Shown one piece after another: positions 26,742-38,009 of a DNA stretch of 64,000 bases. How positions within the stretch are numbered: the stretch's first letter is position 1; each line of letters starts with the position of its first letter. The DNA lies in contig JACZJU010000048.1 in NCBI GenBank assembly GCA_014860395.1, positions 1,649 through 65,648 on the forward strand, read 5' to 3'. The stretch is from Burkholderiales bacterium. Its GTDB lineage: Bacteria; Pseudomonadota; Gammaproteobacteria; Burkholderiales; SG8-39. Under the pieces are notes generated by a model, which made no database searches, was not told where the DNA came from, and was given only the letters and a program-made list of their open reading frames with translations. The translations under genes and the position numbers were made by a program.

Positions 26742-28148
26742 CTATTTCCAATTTCGCACGTCGACAAAATGCCCGGCAATCGCGGCGCCCGCAGCCATTG
26801 CGGGGCTGACCAGATGCGTGCGCCCGCCGGCGCCCTGGCGGCCCTCGAAATTGCGATTCGAGGTCGATGCGCAACGCTCGCCTGCTTCGAGGCGATCGGC
26901 GTTCATCGCGAGGCACATGGAGCAACCCGGTTCGCGCCACTGGAAACCGGACTCCCGGAACACGCGGTCCAGCCCTTCTTGTTCGGCCTGTGCTTTGACC
27001 AAGCCCGATCCCGGCACCACCAGCGCAAGGCGGACGTTGGAGGCGACACGCTTGCCCCGCACCATCGCCGCCGCAGCGCGCAGGTCCTCGATGCGCGAGT
27101 TGGTGCACGAACCGATGAACACCTTGTCCAGGCGTATGTCTTCGATGCGCGTATTCGGTTTCAGCCCCATGTAGATCAGCGCGCGCTCCATGCCTTCGCG
27201 CCGGGTCGGATCTTTTTCCTTTTCCGGATCGGGTACCCGCCCATCCACCGGCACCACCATTTCCGGCGAAGTGCCCCAAGTAACCTGCGGGCTGATGTCG
27301 CGCGCGTCCAAGCGCACGACGCGGTCGAATTGCGCGCCGTCGTCGGATGTTAGCGTGCGCCAGTAGGCCACGGCGCGGTTCCAGTTCTCGCCTGTCGGCG
27401 CGAACGTCCGCCCCTTGAGATAGGCAATCGTGACGTCGTCCACCGCCACCATGCCGGCGCGGGCGCCGGCCTCGATGGCCATATTGCAAAGCGTCATGCG
27501 CCCTTCCATGCTCAGGGCGCGAATGCTGCTGCCCGCAAACTCGATCGCGCTCGCGGTCCCACCGGCGGTGCCGATTCTGCCGATGATCGCAAGCGCCACA
27601 TCCTTGGCGGTGACGCCGCGCGCGAGCGGGCCCTCCACCGAGACCAGCATGTTCTGCATCTTTTTTTGCACCAGGCACTGGGTCGCCAGCACATGCTCCA
27701 CTTCCGAAGTGCCGATGCCGTGCGCGAGACAGGCGAACGCGCCGTGAGTGCTGGTATGCGAATCGCCGCACACCACTGTCATGCCGGGCAGCGTCGCGCC
27801 CTGCTCCGGACCGATCACATGCACTATGCCCTGACGCCGGTCGAGGAAAGGGAAATATACCTTGGCGCCAAATTCGCGGATATTCGCGTCTAGCGTTTCG
27901 ACCTGCAATCGCGATATCGGGTCCTTGATGCCTTCGTTCCAGTCGGTGGTGGGGGTGTTGTGGTCGGCGGTCGCCACGATGGAATCGATGCGCCAGGGCT
28001 TGCGCCCGGCAAGTCGCAGGCCTTCGAATGCCTGCGGGCTGGTGACTTCGTGCACCAGATGGCGGTCGATATAAAGCAGCGCAGTGCCGTCGTCCTCGGC
28101 GTGGACTACGTGGCTCGCCCAAAGCTTGTCGTACAGGGTCTGCGGCAT
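26742..28148 (-). CDS. leuC: 3-isopropylmalate dehydratase large subunit
   Basis: [14 protein letters not shown] and PGCSMC motifs. Confidence 0.99.
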   Translation of the reverse strand: MPQTLYDKLWASHVVHAEDDGTALLYIDRHLVHEVTSPQAFEGLRLAGRKPWRIDSIVATADHNTPTTDWNEGIKDPISRLQVETLDANIREFGAKVYFPFLDRRQGIVHVIGPEQGATLPGMTVVCGDSHTSTHGAFACLAHGIGTSEVEHVLATQCLVQKKMQNMLVSVEGPLARGVTAKDVALAIIGRIGTAGGTASAIEFAGSSIRALSMEGRMTLCNMAIEAGARAGMVAVDDVTIAYLKGRTFAPTGENWNRAVAYWRTLTSDDGAQFDRVVRLDARDISPQVTWGTSPEMVVPVDGRVPDPEKEKDPTRREGMERALIYMGLKPNTRIEDIRLDKVFIGSCTNSRIEDLRAAAAMVRGKRVASNVRLALVVPGSGLVKAQAEQEGLDRVFRESGFQWREPGCSMCLAMNADRLEAGERCASTSNRNFEGRQGAGGRTHLVSPAMAAGAAIAGHFVDVRNWK

Positions 28149-28268
28149 GATCTGGAACCGTGTTGAGTAGGATCGAATTATGCCACAGAAAACAGGGGTT
28201 TGGAGCGAGCAATGAAGCCAAAAAGGAGCGCGCGGCGGCGCTGGACGTGCCGAGACGCGAAGTTCAGT

Positions 28269-29411
28269 TCAGATATGCGCAGAGCGCACTTTCCAGTGCA
28301 GCAGCGCGTAACCGGCCAGCGCTGCAAACGCTGCGGTGCTGAAGGTCCATGCCGGGCCTATGCTGTCCCAGCCTAGACCGGAGAGCGCGCTGCCCAACAC
28401 GCCGCCCGCGCCGAAAGACACCGACAGATAGATCGCCTGCCCGCGCACTTGATGCGCGCCCTGAAACCAGCGGTGTATCACCGTGACCGCGGCCGCATGG
28501 TAGGCGCCGAAACTCAGTCCGTGCAACACCTGTGCCGCTAACAGGACCGGGGCGGAATCCACACCCCAGCCGATCATCAGGAAGCGTGCGGCCGCCGCGG
28601 CGAAACATACGCGCAGGATTAGCGCGAGCGAATAGCGCCGCATCAGCGCCGGCATCAGCAGGAACACGATGATTTCAGCGATCACGCCTATGCTCCACAT
28701 CCAGCCTACCGCCGCCTTGCTGTAGTCCTGCGCTACCAGGTAGATCGAGTAAAACGCATACAACGGCCCATGCGCAAGGCTCATCAAGAAACAAGCACCG
28801 AGCAGTGCCGCCACCTCCGGCCGCCGCAGAATGTTCCACACCGGTCCGGGCTCTGCGTGCTCGCTGCCGGCAGGCGCGTCCGGCACGACGAGCGCGCATG
28901 CCCAGCTCAACGCATAAGTCGCGAGCACCATCCACAACAGGCTCGCCACCGGCAGCACATCGAGCGCATAACCAACCAGCGTCACCGTGAGGATAAATCC
29001 GACCGACCCCCACAAACGGATGGATCCGTAGCTGCTGACCGCCCGACGCAGGTGCGACAAGGTCAACGACTCGGTGAGCGGCATTGACGCGCTGGTAAAG
29101 AAGCCGGTCGCAAGCAGCAAGGCGAACAGCCCCCAGAACGAGTGGACAAAGAAGAAGCCGGAGAAGCAGGCACCACCCAGCGCCAGCGTGATGACGATGA
29201 TGCGCGCGCGCCGCCGTGTGCGGTCGGCGACCCAGCCCCAGAAATTCGGCCCGATCACCCGCGTCAGCGAGCCGAGCGAAAGCAGCACGCCGATCTGTGC
29301 CGCAGCCAGCCCCAGAGACGCCAGATACAGGCTGAAATACGGGGCAACGGCGCCGACATAGGCGAAGTAGGCGAAATAGAAGCCGGAAAGGCGCCAGTAT
29401 GGAACGGACAT
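28269..29411 (-). CDS. MFS transporter (HcaT/MFS_1-like)
   Basis: About 12 hydrophobic segments; YGSIRLWGSVGF motif. Confidence 0.85.
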   Translation of the reverse strand: MSVPYWRLSGFYFAYFAYVGAVAPYFSLYLASLGLAAAQIGVLLSLGSLTRVIGPNFWGWVADRTRRRARIIVITLALGGACFSGFFFVHSFWGLFALLLATGFFTSASMPLTESLTLSHLRRAVSSYGSIRLWGSVGFILTVTLVGYALDVLPVASLLWMVLATYALSWACALVVPDAPAGSEHAEPGPVWNILRRPEVAALLGACFLMSLAHGPLYAFYSIYLVAQDYSKAAVGWMWSIGVIAEIIVFLLMPALMRRYSLALILRVCFAAAAARFLMIGWGVDSAPVLLAAQVLHGLSFGAYHAAAVTVIHRWFQGAHQVRGQAIYLSVSFGAGGVLGSALSGLGWDSIGPAWTFSTAAFAALAGYALLHWKVRSAHI

Positions 29412-29673
29412 CGGCAGCGACTTATGGGTAAAAGGATTCGGATGAAGGTGGCGCGCGATTGCAGGATAGGCAGGATAGCGTACTTCCCTGCCTCACTCAC
29501 TCGCCGCCGGCCATCCCTGCCGGCGGTGGGGCGAAATTAGCCCCATCGGCCTCGCTGATGCACAAACGCGCATCCGTGTACATCATCCATTTGGACGATG
29601 CCCTTTCTCGCCGCCAACCCCTAGTATGCTGGCTAACGTTGCGCGAGTTGCATTGAATCCGTTGCAGCCGGCC

Positions 29674-29852
29674 CAGGAACGAGCTCCGGGATTTCTCCGC
29701 CGAAGCGGGCCGGCGCGGTTTCGAAACGGCAGGGTACTCCTCCCTTCGCCGGATTAGAGTCCGCACCTCGGATCGGGTGGCGCGTCCCACGGATGCGCTG
29801 CGGCTAGCTCGTTTCTGCCCTTGGGGCCCCTGCGCTGCAGGGGCCTCTTTTT
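29674..29852 (+). ncRNA. Candidate structured small RNA with intrinsic terminator
   Basis: Closing stem CAGGAACGAGCT/AGCTCGTTTCTG, internal hairpins, CTCCTCC motif, terminator GGCCCCTGC-GCT-GCAGGGGCC-TCTTTTT. Confidence 0.45.
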
Positions 29853-29875
29853 GTTCACGCCCGGCGCAGTCGCGG

Positions 29876-30127
29876 CTAGGTATTTACCGCAAAATGAGGG
29901 GATACATCCCCTCATACTCCCCTAAGCCGGACAAGCTGGAACCAAGCACAGTGTCTCCGGCGGGGGAAAAGCCCTTATCCCACGAACAAGGGGGGATGCA
30001 TCCCCCCTTGTTGATCCCCCCGCGGATGCATCGTCCCGATTTATCGAAATCTGTGCCATTTCTGTCAACTCTTGACTGATAAGAGACTAAATTAGAGGCC
30101 ATTTCTTTTGTTCTGAAATGGCCTCTA
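29876..30127. repeat. Expanded or degenerate family-2 MITE-like repeat, copy B
   Basis: AAAATGAGGGGATACATCCCCTCATACTCCCCTAA and GAGGCCATTTC..TCTGAAATGGCCTCTA blocks shared with copies A and C. Confidence 0.55.
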
Positions 30128-31288
30128 AGCTTCTTCGGCATCGGGATCGTCTACCGACTTCGCCGCGTACTTCGCCGCGATCCTGGAATCCGCTACGCGC
30201 GCGGCGATTTTCGGCGTCGGCGTGTTTACATCCGCGTTCTGGGCGCGCTGCCTGAGCGCGTGGTCGGCCAGCACCAGCGCCAGCATTGCCTCTGCTATCG
30301 GCGTGGCGCGGATGCCGACGCAGGGATCGTGGCGGCCGTGGGTCTCTACGGTCACCGCCTCGCCTTTCTTGTTGATGGAACGGCGCGCGAGGCGAATGCT
30401 GGACGTCGGCTTGATCGCAAGGTTCACCAGCAGGTCCTGACCGGTGGAAATGCCGCCGAGCACGCCGCCGGCGTTGTTCGACAGGAATCCGTCGGGCGTG
30501 AGTTCGTCCGAATGCTCGCTGCCTTTTTGTTCGATCGATGCGAAGCCCGCGCCGATTTCCACGCCCTTCACCGCGTTGATGCCCATCATGGCGTAGGCGA
30601 TGTCGGCGTCGAGCCGATCGTAGACCGGCTCGCCCCAGCCCACCGGCACGCCTTCGGCGATGACGGAGATTTTCGCGCCGCAGGAATCCCCCGATTTGCG
30701 CAGCGCGTCCATGTAGGCTTCCAGCGCCGGCACCGCAGCCATGTCCGGCACGAAGAACGGATTCCTGTCGACCGCGCTCCAGTCCGCAAGCGCTATCTTG
30801 TTCGGCCCGAGCTGCGACAGATAGCCACGCACAAGGATGCCGTACTTTTCCCTGAGCCATTTCTTCGCGATGGCGCCCGCCGCGACCCGCACCAGCGTTT
30901 CGCGCGCCGAGGCACGCCCGCCCCCCCGATAATCGCGAATGCCGTATTTCTGCCAATAGGTGTAGTCGGCATGCCCCGGGCGAAAGCTCTCGGCGATATT
31001 GCCGTAATCCTTGCTCTTCTGGTCTTCGTTGCGCACCAGCAAACCGATTGCGGTGCCGGTAGTCCGGCCTTCGAAGACACCGGAGAGTATTTCCACTCGG
31101 TCCGCCTCGCGCCGCTGCGTCACATGGCGCGAAGTGCCGGGCTTCCTGCGATCGAGTTCCTGCTGGATGTCGGCCTCGGAGAGCTCCATACCGGGCGGGC
31201 AACCGTCGACCACGCAACCGTAGGCAGGGCCATGCGACTCGCCAAACGAGGTGACGCAAAACAGTCTTCCCAGAGTGTTGCCGGACAT
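30125..31288 (-). CDS. aroC: Chorismate synthase
   Basis: FGESHG, RPGHAD, RASARET and GRHDPC motifs. Confidence 0.98.
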   Translation of the reverse strand: MSGNTLGRLFCVTSFGESHGPAYGCVVDGCPPGMELSEADIQQELDRRKPGTSRHVTQRREADRVEILSGVFEGRTTGTAIGLLVRNEDQKSKDYGNIAESFRPGHADYTYWQKYGIRDYRGGGRASARETLVRVAAGAIAKKWLREKYGILVRGYLSQLGPNKIALADWSAVDRNPFFVPDMAAVPALEAYMDALRKSGDSCGAKISVIAEGVPVGWGEPVYDRLDADIAYAMMGINAVKGVEIGAGFASIEQKGSEHSDELTPDGFLSNNAGGVLGGISTGQDLLVNLAIKPTSSIRLARRSINKKGEAVTVETHGRHDPCVGIRATPIAEAMLALVLADHALRQRAQNADVNTPTPKIAARVADSRIAAKYAAKSVDDPDAEEA

Positions 31289-31433
31289 TGTCTTCTCTCG
31301 CGGAATCGCCGTGTCGAGTTTAACATACCGCCTATTGCGGTCCGGCCGGCCGCGAGGAAGTCCGCTGAAGAAAATGTTTTGCAGCGGGCCGATTCAACAC
31401 GGCACGAGGAGAGGGGCTCCTCGTTTTGCGCAG

Positions 31434-31868
31434 CTATGCCGGCGCATCCTTGATATACCCCTTGAGCATGCGGTTCTCGAACGCCTGCTCTTCCAGCATC
31501 GCCCTGGCCACGTCGTGAAACGAAAGCACGCCTATCAGCGTGTCACCGTCCATCACCGGCATATAGCGGATGTGGTGTTCCAGCATGACGCTGCGCAGTT
31601 CGTCCACTTCCACCCCCAGCGCAATGGTCCGCGGATTCTTCACCATGACGGCGTCCACCCGCAGGCCCTGGATAGAACCTTTATTCTTGTGCAAAGCCTG
31701 CAAGACTTCGCGAAAGGTGAGCATGCCCACCAGACTCCCCTGACTCATCACCACCAGCGAGCCGATGTCCTTCTCCGACATGATGCTGACCCCGTCGCTC
31801 ACCATCTCGTCCGGGGCGGTAGTGATCAGCAGATTGCCTTTTATTCTGAGTATTTCCCGTAGTTGCAT
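31434..31868 (-). CDS. CBS-domain pair protein
   Basis: Tandem CBS motifs (IGSLVV..LVGMLT; IRYMPV..LIGVLS). Confidence 0.88.
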   Translation of the reverse strand: MQLREILRIKGNLLITTAPDEMVSDGVSIMSEKDIGSLVVMSQGSLVGMLTFREVLQALHKNKGSIQGLRVDAVMVKNPRTIALGVEVDELRSVMLEHHIRYMPVMDGDTLIGVLSFHDVARAMLEEQAFENRMLKGYIKDAPA

Positions 31869-31973
31869 GGCGTCCTCCTCCACAAAGGGCGGATCCCAGT
31901 TTAGCAGGGCGTCGAAAAAAAGGGGGGCTCGCCCGCATTCCCTTCGCGTTCGCCGGTGCCTGTCCCGAACGGG

Positions 31974-32867
31974 TTATTTCGCCGGCCGGTTTACCAGCGC
32001 GATACCCGCACCGACGAGCAGCGCCGCGGCGAGGAACACTGCGCTCAGCGGCTCTGACAGCAGGACCACGCCGAAGGCGACGCCGAACAGAGGCGTGAGA
32101 AACGAAAATACCGCCAGCCTGCCGGCAAGATAGCGCGTCAGCAGCCAGAACCAGGCGAGGTAGCTGGCGAAGGCGACGATTACGCTTTGGTAGGCGAGAC
32201 TCGCCACGACCTTGGGCGTGAGCGCGATGATTCCGGGTTCGCCCGCGAGCAGCGACGCGAGCGGCAGGGCCAGCGCCGAGATACCTAGCTGGTAGAACAG
32301 CGTCTTGGTGGCGCTGGCCGAAGTGAGCCGCGTCGAGCGGATCACCACCGTGGTCGCCGCCCAAAGCGCCGCTGCGATGGCGCCAAACGCATCGCCGATC
32401 AAGGTCGAGCCCTTGGCGGTGCTGAAACCATCGGCGAACGCGAGCGCCACGCCCAGGAACGCCAGCATCACGCCGGTCCACTGCCACGCGTTCAGGCGCT
32501 CGCCGGGCACAAACCACTGCAGCCCGAGCGCGGTGAGGCAGGGCGCGAGGTAGACGAACACCACCATGCGCGACGCTGCAGTGTGGGCAAGGCCGGCGTA
32601 AATGAATACGAATTCCGCGGCGAACAGCGCTCCTGCCGCCATGCCAGCGGCGAGCGTGCCATCGCGCCGGAACAGCGGGATGCCGCGCAGTTGCGCCCAG
32701 GCGAGCAGCAGCGCCGTGGCGATGATCGAGCGCAACCCGGCCTGCATGATGGGCGAAATGCCGGCCGCGGCGACTTTGATTGTGATCTGGTTGAAGCCCC
32801 AGCACATGCACAGCACGATCATCATCGACACGGCCAGCGCGTCTGCGGGTCTGCGCTCGGACGACAC
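31974..32867 (-). CDS. DMT/EamA family transporter
   Basis: About 10 TM segments in two EamA repeats. Confidence 0.88.
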   Translation of the reverse strand: MSSERRPADALAVSMMIVLCMCWGFNQITIKVAAAGISPIMQAGLRSIIATALLLAWAQLRGIPLFRRDGTLAAGMAAGALFAAEFVFIYAGLAHTAASRMVVFVYLAPCLTALGLQWFVPGERLNAWQWTGVMLAFLGVALAFADGFSTAKGSTLIGDAFGAIAAALWAATTVVIRSTRLTSASATKTLFYQLGISALALPLASLLAGEPGIIALTPKVVASLAYQSVIVAFASYLAWFWLLTRYLAGRLAVFSFLTPLFGVAFGVVLLSEPLSAVFLAAALLVGAGIALVNRPAK

Positions 32868-32910
32868 TAGCTGTTTCCTTGGGCGGGCGAAATTCGCGTT
32901 GTACGCCGGG

Positions 32911-33717
32911 TTATTTCAGGCCGAGCTGCACCTCGATCGGCTGGGCGGGATAGTGGAAGGGGATCGGCCCGTCCGGCTCGGCGTGCACGAACTGATGCAC
33001 TACCGGATTGTCGGAGGCAAGCATCTCCTCCGGCGTACCTTCGCCAACCACCACGCCGTCGGCGATGACGTACAGGTAGTCGACCAGCTTGAGCGACTCG
33101 CTGACGTCGTAGGTAACGATGATCGAAGTGGTGCCCAGCGCATCGTTCAGCCTGCGGATCAGGTCGGCAATGACGTTGAGAGAAATCGGATCCAGGCCTG
33201 CGAATGGCTCGTCGTACATTGCCAGCATAGGATCGTGCACGATGGCGCGAGCGAGCGCGACGCGGCGCGCCATGCCGCCGGAGAGCTCGCTCGGCATAAG
33301 ATTCCTCGCGCCGCGCAGCCCAACCACGTGCAGCTTCATCAGGATCAGGGAGCGAATCAGTTCCTCCGGCAGGTCGGCGTTTTCGCGCAGCGGAAAGGCG
33401 ATGTTTTCGTACACTGACAAATCGGTGAAAAGCCCGCCCGCCTGGAACATCATGCCCATCTTGCGCCGCAGCTGGTACAGGCTGTCCGTATCGAGTTCGT
33501 GCACCACCTGGCCGTCGAAGCTGACCGAACCTTGGGCCGGCTTCTCCTGCCCCCCGATCAGCCGCAGCAGGGTCGACTTGCCGCAGCCGCTCGCCCCCAG
33601 AATGGCGACCACCTTGCCGCGCGGTATCTTGAGGTTGAGTCCCTTGAGGACTTCGCGTTCGCCGTAATTGAACTTGACGTCGGTGATCTCGACCAAATTA
33701 TCTGTGGAGGGAGGCAT
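32911..33717 (-). CDS. ABC transporter ATP-binding protein, MlaF-like
   Basis: GASGCGKS, LSGGMARRVALARA and YDEPFAGLDP motifs. Confidence 0.88.
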   Translation of the reverse strand: MPPSTDNLVEITDVKFNYGEREVLKGLNLKIPRGKVVAILGASGCGKSTLLRLIGGQEKPAQGSVSFDGQVVHELDTDSLYQLRRKMGMMFQAGGLFTDLSVYENIAFPLRENADLPEELIRSLILMKLHVVGLRGARNLMPSELSGGMARRVALARAIVHDPMLAMYDEPFAGLDPISLNVIADLIRRLNDALGTTSIIVTYDVSESLKLVDYLYVIADGVVVGEGTPEEMLASDNPVVHQFVHAEPDGPIPFHYPAQPIEVQLGLK

Positions 33718-33860
33718 CAATTGGCTGCTTGGTTAAAGGGCTTTGCGCGATTTTACACGGCTTCCCGCAGGGACGAGGCGTGAACGAGGCCGCGGGTCGC
33801 CAGGCCGCGCCCCCAGGCGCCCACATCGCGTATAGTTTGACTTGGAAACGGGAGATGCAT

Positions 33861-34421
33861 ATGGATAGGCGCAACTGGCTCAGAATCTTGGCATTGACGC
33901 CCCTGGCGGGGCTGGGCGGGTCGTGGCTGGCGCGGCCGGCCTTGGCAAAAGGAGGAATATCCGTGGAAGAGCTGCAGAAGAACTGGAAATCGCTGCTCGC
34001 CGATGGCGCCGACATCGCCAGCAGCAATGCGCCACTCGTACTCTCGGACGCGGAATGGAAAAAACGCCTCTCTCCCGCGGCCTACGACGTGTTGCGGCAC
34101 GAAGGCACCGAGCCCCCCGGCTCAAGCCCGCTCGACCAGGAGAAGCGCCCCGGCGTGTTCGTGTGCGCGGGTTGCCGCCTGCCGCTGTTCACCTCGGCGA
34201 TGAAATTCGACAGCGGCACCGGCTGGCCCAGCTTTTTCACCACCATACCGGGCGCCTTCGGCACCAGCCGCGATTTCAAGCTCATTTTCCCGCGCACCGA
34301 ATACCACTGCGCGCGCTGCGGCGGACACCATGGCCACATATTCGAAGACGGGCCGAAACCGACCGGACTGCGCTACTGCAACAATGGTGTCGCGCTGGCT
34401 TTCATCCCCAAGAGCGGCTAG
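33861..34421 (+). CDS. msrB: Periplasmic (Tat-signal) methionine-R-sulfoxide reductase
   Basis: DRRNWL twin-arginine leader; two CxxC motifs, GTGWPSF and RYCNN. Confidence 0.92.
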   Translation: MDRRNWLRILALTPLAGLGGSWLARPALAKGGISVEELQKNWKSLLADGADIASSNAPLVLSDAEWKKRLSPAAYDVLRHEGTEPPGSSPLDQEKRPGVFVCAGCRLPLFTSAMKFDSGTGWPSFFTTIPGAFGTSRDFKLIFPRTEYHCARCGGHHGHIFEDGPKPTGLRYCNNGVALAFIPKSG

Positions 34422-34490
34422 GGTTCGCCGTAGGGCGCGCTGCCCGCCGGTCTTACAGCAGACCAGGACAGCACCTCGTACAATGGGTGC

Positions 34491-35525
34491 ATGTATACGA
34501 ACAAGAGCGGAACGCCCTACGCAGGGCTCACGCCGGATTGCGTGCTCGATGCGCTGGACAGCGTCGGATTGCGCGGCGACGGGCGCCTGCTCGGCCTCAA
34601 CAGCTACGAAAACCGCGTCTATCAAATCTGGCTGGAGGAAGGGCCGGATTTGACATCGGGTCCGGGCCCTGCATCCGTGGTCGTGGCCAAGTTCTACCGC
34701 CCGGAGCGCTGGACCGATGAGCAGATCGCCGAGGAGCACGAGTTCGTGCAGGAACTCGCCGAACGCGAACTCCCGGTCGTCGCCCCGCTTGCTCCCGGCG
34801 GCAGGACGCTGCACCACTTCGGCGGCTACCGCTTCGCGGTGTATCCCAAGCGCGGCGGCCGCGCACCTGAGCTGGAAGACCGCGACACCTTGGAATGGAT
34901 GGGCCGTTTCATCGGCCGCATCCACGCAGTCGGCGCGTTGCGGCCTTTCCTTGTACGCCCGGTGCTGAACCTTGCGAGCTTCGGCGTCGAGCCGCGCGAC
35001 TACCTCCTCGCCCATGGCTTCATTCCGCCCGATCTGGCGGCAGCCTGGACCAGCGTGGTGGCGCAGGCACTGGAAGGCGTGAGCCGCTGTTACGAGCGCG
35101 CAGGCGCGGTGCAAAACCTCAGGCTGCACGGCGACTGCCACGCCGGCAATGTGCTCTGGAGCGACAGCAGGGAGGCTCACGGCCCGCATTTCGTCGACTT
35201 CGACGACGCGCGCATGGGACCGGCAGTGCAGGACCTGTGGATGCTGCTCTCGGGCGAACGTTCAGCCATGATGCGCCAGCTGGCCGACCTGCTAGCCGGC
35301 TACGAGGATTTCCACGAATTCGATGCGCGCGAACTGCACCTGGTGGAGGCGCTGCGTACGCTACGCCTCGTCCACTATTCGGCCTGGATCGCGCGCCGCT
35401 GGGACGACCCCGCCTTCCCCGCCGCCTTCCCCTGGTTCAACACGCAGCGTTACTGGCAGGATCGGATTCTGGAGCTGCGTGAGCAGATCGCGCTCATGGA
35501 CGAGCCGCCGCTGTGGCAGGCGTGA
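34491..35525 (+). CDS. srkA: Stress response kinase SrkA/RdoA
   Basis: NSYENRVY, KFYRPERW, LHGDCHAGN and DFDD motifs. Confidence 0.93.
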   Translation: MYTNKSGTPYAGLTPDCVLDALDSVGLRGDGRLLGLNSYENRVYQIWLEEGPDLTSGPGPASVVVAKFYRPERWTDEQIAEEHEFVQELAERELPVVAPLAPGGRTLHHFGGYRFAVYPKRGGRAPELEDRDTLEWMGRFIGRIHAVGALRPFLVRPVLNLASFGVEPRDYLLAHGFIPPDLAAAWTSVVAQALEGVSRCYERAGAVQNLRLHGDCHAGNVLWSDSREAHGPHFVDFDDARMGPAVQDLWMLLSGERSAMMRQLADLLAGYEDFHEFDARELHLVEALRTLRLVHYSAWIARRWDDPAFPAAFPWFNTQRYWQDRILELREQIALMDEPPLWQA

Positions 35526-35583
35526 GGGCGCATGCGGGTTATCCCATGTGGAAACATGCCCGGACGCGGGGCGCTGACAGAAC

Positions 35584-35767
35584 TTGCGCGGACGGCGGCC
35601 CGTCCGCGCGGATCGTCGATTGAGCACGGTTGAAAACCACATCCGTGCTCAATCGACGATCATGGATAAGACCCCAAAGCTTTATTCCCTTCATCCAGAA
35701 CCCTGTTTTTCGGACGGATGTGCTTTTGATCCGTCCGAAAAACAGGGTTGGCGCGCGAAGCGCGCAA
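35584..35767 (+). repeat. ~185-bp four-hairpin dispersed repeat, copy 3
   Basis: Aligns with copy 1; covarying stems. Confidence 0.9.
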
Positions 35768-35826
35768 TAGCCGCGCACCGACGTTGGCGGAAATAGCGCG
35801 ATGCCCGGACGGGCGACAGTGATCTT

Positions 35827-37923
35827 CTAGAACTTGTACCTCACCGACAGCCTGACTACGTTTACGTGATACTGCGGCGCCTGCAGGCCCAGCGTCAATA
35901 CGTTCGGGATGGTGGCGGGGGCGACGCCGTCTAGCATCCAGTCCTTGCTGTCGTAGCGTTCATACCAATAGCCGGCCTGCAGCGACATGTTTTCCTTCAT
36001 GCGATACGTGGCGTAGAGCTTCAGGCTGTCGAGATTGGCGGAGATGCCCGGGAACGCCGGATTCGACGCACCCGTGTAGACACTGATTTCGCTGCGCGAG
36101 CGCGTAATGCCGTAATCGGCGCCGATGTCGAGCTTGTCCGGGATCGCTGCGTGCTTCACACCCAGGCCGTAGGTGTCAATCGTATCTTTGCTGTCGGCAG
36201 ACCAATCCGGGACCGAGTAGGTCTGGCTGCCGGCCTGTTTGGACTTGATCTCCTGGCGGTTCGCGAAAACGTGCATGCTGGTCCGCTCCGTCAGAACCAT
36301 AGACACATCGCCATTCAGGTTCAGATCCTTGCCGCTGGTCAGGCCGATGGTCGAATCCTTGTATTTGTCCTCGGACGAATCGAATCCCAGCCCGAGATTG
36401 ACGTTTTCCGCAAGGGCAATGTCGGCACGCAGTCCAACGGTTTCGCGCGTGCGGTTCGCCATATTGAATCTTCTCAGCAGCGGGTTCTCCGCAGGGGTGA
36501 TCTCCGGGTTCCACTGGATGGAACCCTGGTTCCTGCGCTCGCCATGCGCGAACTTGAACGTCAGGTCGATCTTGTCCGTAATGCGCGAACTGAGCTTGCC
36601 CCAGGCCGTATCCTCGCGGGTCTTCTCGATCTCCTGATAAGTGCGCTCATGCGCATCGAAATCCGCGCCGATCGAGCCCCGCAGCCGCGCCGAGGCCCGG
36701 TAATCGGCGCTTAGCTTCAATTTGTCCTGCTTGAAGCTGTAGGGCTGGTTGGTTCTGGGCAAGCCGACGAACATATCGGTCGCCACCGAAGGGTAGGCCG
36801 CCTGCGGTGTCTGATTGTCGCGATCGTTATGCAAGTATGCCGCGTTGAGGCGCAGCCGGTCGGTCACCGCGGAGCTCAGTTTCAGGTTCGCGTCCAGCGT
36901 GTTTGCGCGGGCGTTGAGCGACGCCCCCGGCAGGCCCGCGACAACCAGCGTGGCATTCTGCGTGGACGCGAGGAAGCTGTCGTTCTGCGTCATGCGGCCG
37001 AAAGCGATGTCGGCGCTGCCGCGCGTCTTGTCGCTGAACTGGTATCCCGCCGAGGCCGAGACCTGGTGAAACTGGTTGTCCGGCGGCAACGCGAGTTGGC
37101 CCAGCGTCTCGCCGTTGATCGCCGTATACGGATCCTGCCAGGTCAGCGCGTGATTGTCGTTGCGGAATTTCGATCCGTAATACGCGAGTTTCAGCTGAAA
37201 CTTCTTGCCGGCGTACGAGGCCGATGCGTCCACCTGGTCGGTAACGTAATCCACCGGCTCGACTAACTGTGCCGTGTTGACGAAGAACGCGCCGCCGGTG
37301 CGCAGTATGTTGCCCTCTTTGGTATCGTGGCGAAAGTTCACCGCGTATTCCCACTCCTTGCTGCGGTTCCAGGAAGCGCCCACGCCAAGCTGATTCCTTT
37401 GCGTGTACAGATCGACCTGCTGCAGCGTTCCAGCCACGGGCATTGCGTCCGTCGTCGCCGCGGGGAAGCCGGCCGGCAGGCTCAGCGACGCGCCGCCGCT
37501 CCCGCCGAAAGGCGTCAGCGCTCCGTCCCAGATACGATGCGGCGTCTCGTCGTACTTGAGGCGCAGCTTGTAGGTCCCCTGCTTTCCGCCTTCGACATTC
37601 AGGCCGCGCGAGTCCAGCCCGAGATCGGACGCATCGAGATTCCAGTAGGTCCCGTCTTCGCCGCGCGAGCGCACCGCGGCGTCGCCGATAGCGAAACCGC
37701 CTTTTTCGTAGAGCCCGTTGTATTGACCGAATTCGGCTGAGTTGTCCGAGACCGAACCGGCACCCACTTCCAGCGTGCCGCTGACCCCGGTCTCGAATTT
37801 GCAGGACTCGCATTTCCACTTCGAGGTATCGACGGCTGCGGGTCCGGCGCCGTCCGCCGCCGTCGCGGTCGCAGACAATGCCGACAGCATGCCGAGCAGA
37901 AGCAGTTGATTCGAAGTCTTCAT
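35827..37923 (-). CDS. mtrB: MtrB/PioB family decaheme-associated outer-membrane beta-barrel
   Basis: Signal peptide, N-terminal WKCESC (CxxC), LPPDNQFHQ, terminal Phe; adjacent to mtrA. Confidence 0.92.
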   Translation of the reverse strand: MKTSNQLLLLGMLSALSATATAADGAGPAAVDTSKWKCESCKFETGVSGTLEVGAGSVSDNSAEFGQYNGLYEKGGFAIGDAAVRSRGEDGTYWNLDASDLGLDSRGLNVEGGKQGTYKLRLKYDETPHRIWDGALTPFGGSGGASLSLPAGFPAATTDAMPVAGTLQQVDLYTQRNQLGVGASWNRSKEWEYAVNFRHDTKEGNILRTGGAFFVNTAQLVEPVDYVTDQVDASASYAGKKFQLKLAYYGSKFRNDNHALTWQDPYTAINGETLGQLALPPDNQFHQVSASAGYQFSDKTRGSADIAFGRMTQNDSFLASTQNATLVVAGLPGASLNARANTLDANLKLSSAVTDRLRLNAAYLHNDRDNQTPQAAYPSVATDMFVGLPRTNQPYSFKQDKLKLSADYRASARLRGSIGADFDAHERTYQEIEKTREDTAWGKLSSRITDKIDLTFKFAHGERRNQGSIQWNPEITPAENPLLRRFNMANRTRETVGLRADIALAENVNLGLGFDSSEDKYKDSTIGLTSGKDLNLNGDVSMVLTERTSMHVFANRQEIKSKQAGSQTYSVPDWSADSKDTIDTYGLGVKHAAIPDKLDIGADYGITRSRSEISVYTGASNPAFPGISANLDSLKLYATYRMKENMSLQAGYWYERYDSKDWMLDGVAPATIPNVLTLGLQAPQYHVNVVRLSVRYKF

Positions 37924-38009
37924 GTTTTGGTCCTGTATTGGTTCCGGCGCAATGTGCTACATGCATCGGCCGGCACTGAAACTTCCTTTTCGATCTTTCT
38001 CATCCCCGG

